A DNA stretch of 37,696 nt from Octopus bimaculoides (Eukaryota): contig NC_068983.1 in NCBI RefSeq assembly GCF_001194135.2, positions 82,905,925 through 82,943,620 of the forward strand, read 5' to 3'. Positions 35,545 to 37,696 of the stretch are shown in pieces (position 1 is the first letter of the stretch; each line of letters begins with the position of its first letter). The notes under the pieces are model-generated. The model was not told where the DNA came from and ran no database searches. It was given only the letters and a program-made list of their open reading frames with translations. The position numbers and the translations under genes are program-made.

Positions 35545-35610
35545 CTCATGGTGGTGCTCCAGCATGACCACAGTCCAATGACTGAAACTAAAAAAAAAGG
35601 ATAAAAGGAT
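35545..35610 (+). mobile_element. SINE 3' tail fragment
   Basis: gtggtgctccagcatgaccacagtccaatgactgaaact...ggataaaagga is the reverse complement of the tail at 36106-36175. Confidence 0.75.
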
Positions 35611-36105
35611 ATTGACACAGATTTTCTTCTTTTTTTTTTTGAAAAAATGGAGAAAGATAAATGACAGTTACATTGAAGCATTTGTAACAAAAAAAATAAT
35701 AAAACGAAATCATATCACAGCACATACCCAAATTTTAATTAAAGCTTTGCTAATTGGATCTGTTAAAAAGACTCGCTGAATACATGTCAACTCCCGGGAA
35801 AATAGAATAATGTGGGTCAGGGACAAGGGAGAGGATATTCTTGCCTGAGAAACGTATTCAGGGTTGAGGCAAACGGAGGGTAATATATTTAGATTTTGTT
35901 CAAAATAGAGTGATCTTTTATATACCTAAAGGTACAGTTAGAAGAAGTTCTATCGACGGCGGAGAGCATATGGGAATGCGTGCCTGGCCTTCAAACAAAG
36001 ACTGCGACAATACGACAGGCCCAACTGGTGTGCTATTAACCTGCCCATTAGCATGTGCCGCATTATACAGGGTACCCAAACGTAATGGTTATGTGTCTTG
36101 CGTTG

Positions 36106-36577
36106 TTTATCTTTTATCTTTTATCTTTTACTTGTTTCAGTCATTAGACTGCGGCCATGCTGGGGCACCGCTTTGAAAGGATTTGTAATCGAAAGAATTG
36201 ACTCCAGTACTTTTTTTAAGCCTGATACTTATTCAATCAGTCGTTTTCGGCGAGCAGCTAATAACTAGGGCGTAAACAAACCAACTCCGGTTGTCAAGCG
36301 GTGATGGGGACATACACAGACACAAACACACACACACATACATACGCACAGACATATACATATATTATGTCTTACTTGTTTCAGTCATTAGATTGCGACC
36401 ATGCTGGGGCACCGACTTGGGGAATATTTAGTCGATTAACGACACCAGTACTTTTTTCTAAGCTCGTACTTATTCTATTGGTCTCTTTTGTCAAACCACT
36501 AAGTTATGGGGACATAAACACACCAACACCATTTGTCGAGCGGTGATGGGGGACAAACACAGACCCAAAGACACATG

Positions 36578-36609
<32 letters not shown>

Positions 36610-36654
36610 CATACATATACACACATAGATACATACATATATACATACATATAC

Positions 36655-36687
<33 letters not shown>

Positions 36688-36692
36688 TATAT
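36106..36692 (-). mobile_element. Two tandem 3' halves of the same SINE family (36106-36365 and 36368-36692), each ending in its internal CA/TA microsatellite
   Basis: Both begin cttgtttcagtcattaga[c/t]tgcg[g/a]ccatgctggggcaccg and proceed through ...gtactt...gtaaacaaacc/cataaacacacc...gcggtgatggggga ca.acacaga. They are homologous to 7797-8105. Confidence 0.85.
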
Positions 36693-36954
36693 NNNNNNNN
36701 NNNNNNNNNNNNNNNNNNNNNNNNNNNNNNNNNNNNNNNNNNNNNNNNNNNNNNNNNNNNNNNNNNNNNNNNNNNNNNNNNNNNNNNNNNNNNNNNNNNN
36801 NNNNNNNNNNNNNNNNNNNNNNNNNNNNNNNNNNNNNNNNNNNNNNNNNNNNNNNNNNNNNNNNNNNNNNNNNNNNNNNNNNNNNNNNNNNNNNNNNNNN
36901 NNNNNNNNNNNNNNNNNNNNNNNNNNNNNNNNNNNNNNNNNNNNNNNNNNNNNA

Positions 36955-37352
36955 TGGGTGCGGATTAATCAATTACATCGATGCAAGTACTTCGGTGGTA
37001 CTTATTTTTATCGCCTCCGTGAGGATAAAAGGTAAAGTTGAACTCGGCGCCATTTAAAGTCACAACTTTAATGAACCGGAAGAAATACCACTAATCGGTT
37101 TGTCCGGCACGCTAACGATTCCGCCGGCTCGCTGCCTTGAAGGGTTTTAAATTTTGGCACAAAGCCAACATTATTAAGCAGGGTGGGGAGTGTTAGTCGA
37201 TTGCATCGACCCCAGTTCTTCTCTGGTACTTTATTTTACCGACCCCGAAAGATAAATGGCAAAGTTGACGCCGGCGGTTTTTTAACTCAGAACATAAAGA
37301 GCCGAATAAATGATGGTAATCGTTTTGTTCGGCACACTAACGTTTCTGCCAA
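36955..37352 (-). mobile_element. Two head-to-tail minus-strand copies of the dominant SINE
   Basis: 36955-37140 and 37142-37352 each contain the core tacatcga..cagt...ggtacttattt.atcg.c.ccg..ag.ataaa.gg.aaagttga and the ctaacg.tt..gcc head. Confidence 0.82.
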
Positions 37353-37410
37353 CACATAATAAACGAAACAGCTTGAAAGACAGGAGGTTAAATTGGGGGT
37401 CTGTTTAAAA

Positions 37411-37696
37411 GACAGACAGACAGATAGACAGACATGCAGATAGACAGACAGACAGATAGACAGACATGCAGATAGACAGACATGCAGATAGACAGACATG
37501 CAGATAGACAGACATACAGATAGACAGACATACAGATAGACAGACATACAGATAGACAGACATACAGATAGACAGACATACAGATAGACAGACATGCAGA
37601 TAGACAGACATACAGATAGACAGACATGCAGATAGACAGACATGCAGATAGACAGACATGCAGATAGACAGACATACAGATAGACAGACATACAGA
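37411..37696 (+). repeat. 16-bp minisatellite (CAGATAGACAGACAT[G/A])n, 17+ units, running off the window
   Basis: Units parsed from 37421: G, variant, G, G, G, A, A, A, A, A, G, A, G, G, G, A, A. Confidence 0.97.

Noticed and set aside
35910-36100. Unique-looking ORF/exon candidate (VQLEEVLSTAESIWECVPGLQ... or GTVRRSSIDGGEH...)
   Set aside because: No recognisable family and no convincing donor; it may be an unrecognised TE remnant.

Overview
This is AT-rich, microsatellite-dense animal genomic DNA from a short-read draft assembly, with 5 N-gaps that all abut simple repeats. The repeat families look like those I recall from octopus/coleoid cephalopod genomes; this is an inference and was not searched. 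Nearly every ORF in the supplied track is a translated microsatellite or gap artefact. The window is essentially intron/intergenic sequence full of transposon relics. (i) About 19 copies of one tRNA-derived SINE family, mostly on the minus strand and often chained head-to-tail, plus other tRNA-SINE families, one with a perfect 10-bp TSD. (ii) Two L1/Tx1-clade LINE relics: a well-preserved RT piece at 1-105 and a decayed ORF1+ORF2 relic at ~19.5-21.7 kb. (iii) Two R4/Dong-type (RLE) LINE relics and a CR1/Jockey-group 3' end. (iv) A near-full-length but dead mariner with TIRs and a TA TSD, resembling the mellifera subfamily. (v) A hAT MITE nested inside a SINE. (vi) A 221-bp foldback element with 59-bp inverted arms. 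(vii) A Penelope-like terminal repeat carrying a minimal hammerhead-ribozyme motif. The only credible host-gene signal is a candidate first coding exon on the minus strand (34835-34726; ATG to GTAAGT donor; hydrophobic N-terminus). There is no rRNA, no intact tRNA, no CRISPR and no intact protein-coding TE. I found no clearly new biological system. The best leads are the hammerhead motif, the foldback element, microsatellite-fused LINE junctions, the SINE chains and the candidate exon.
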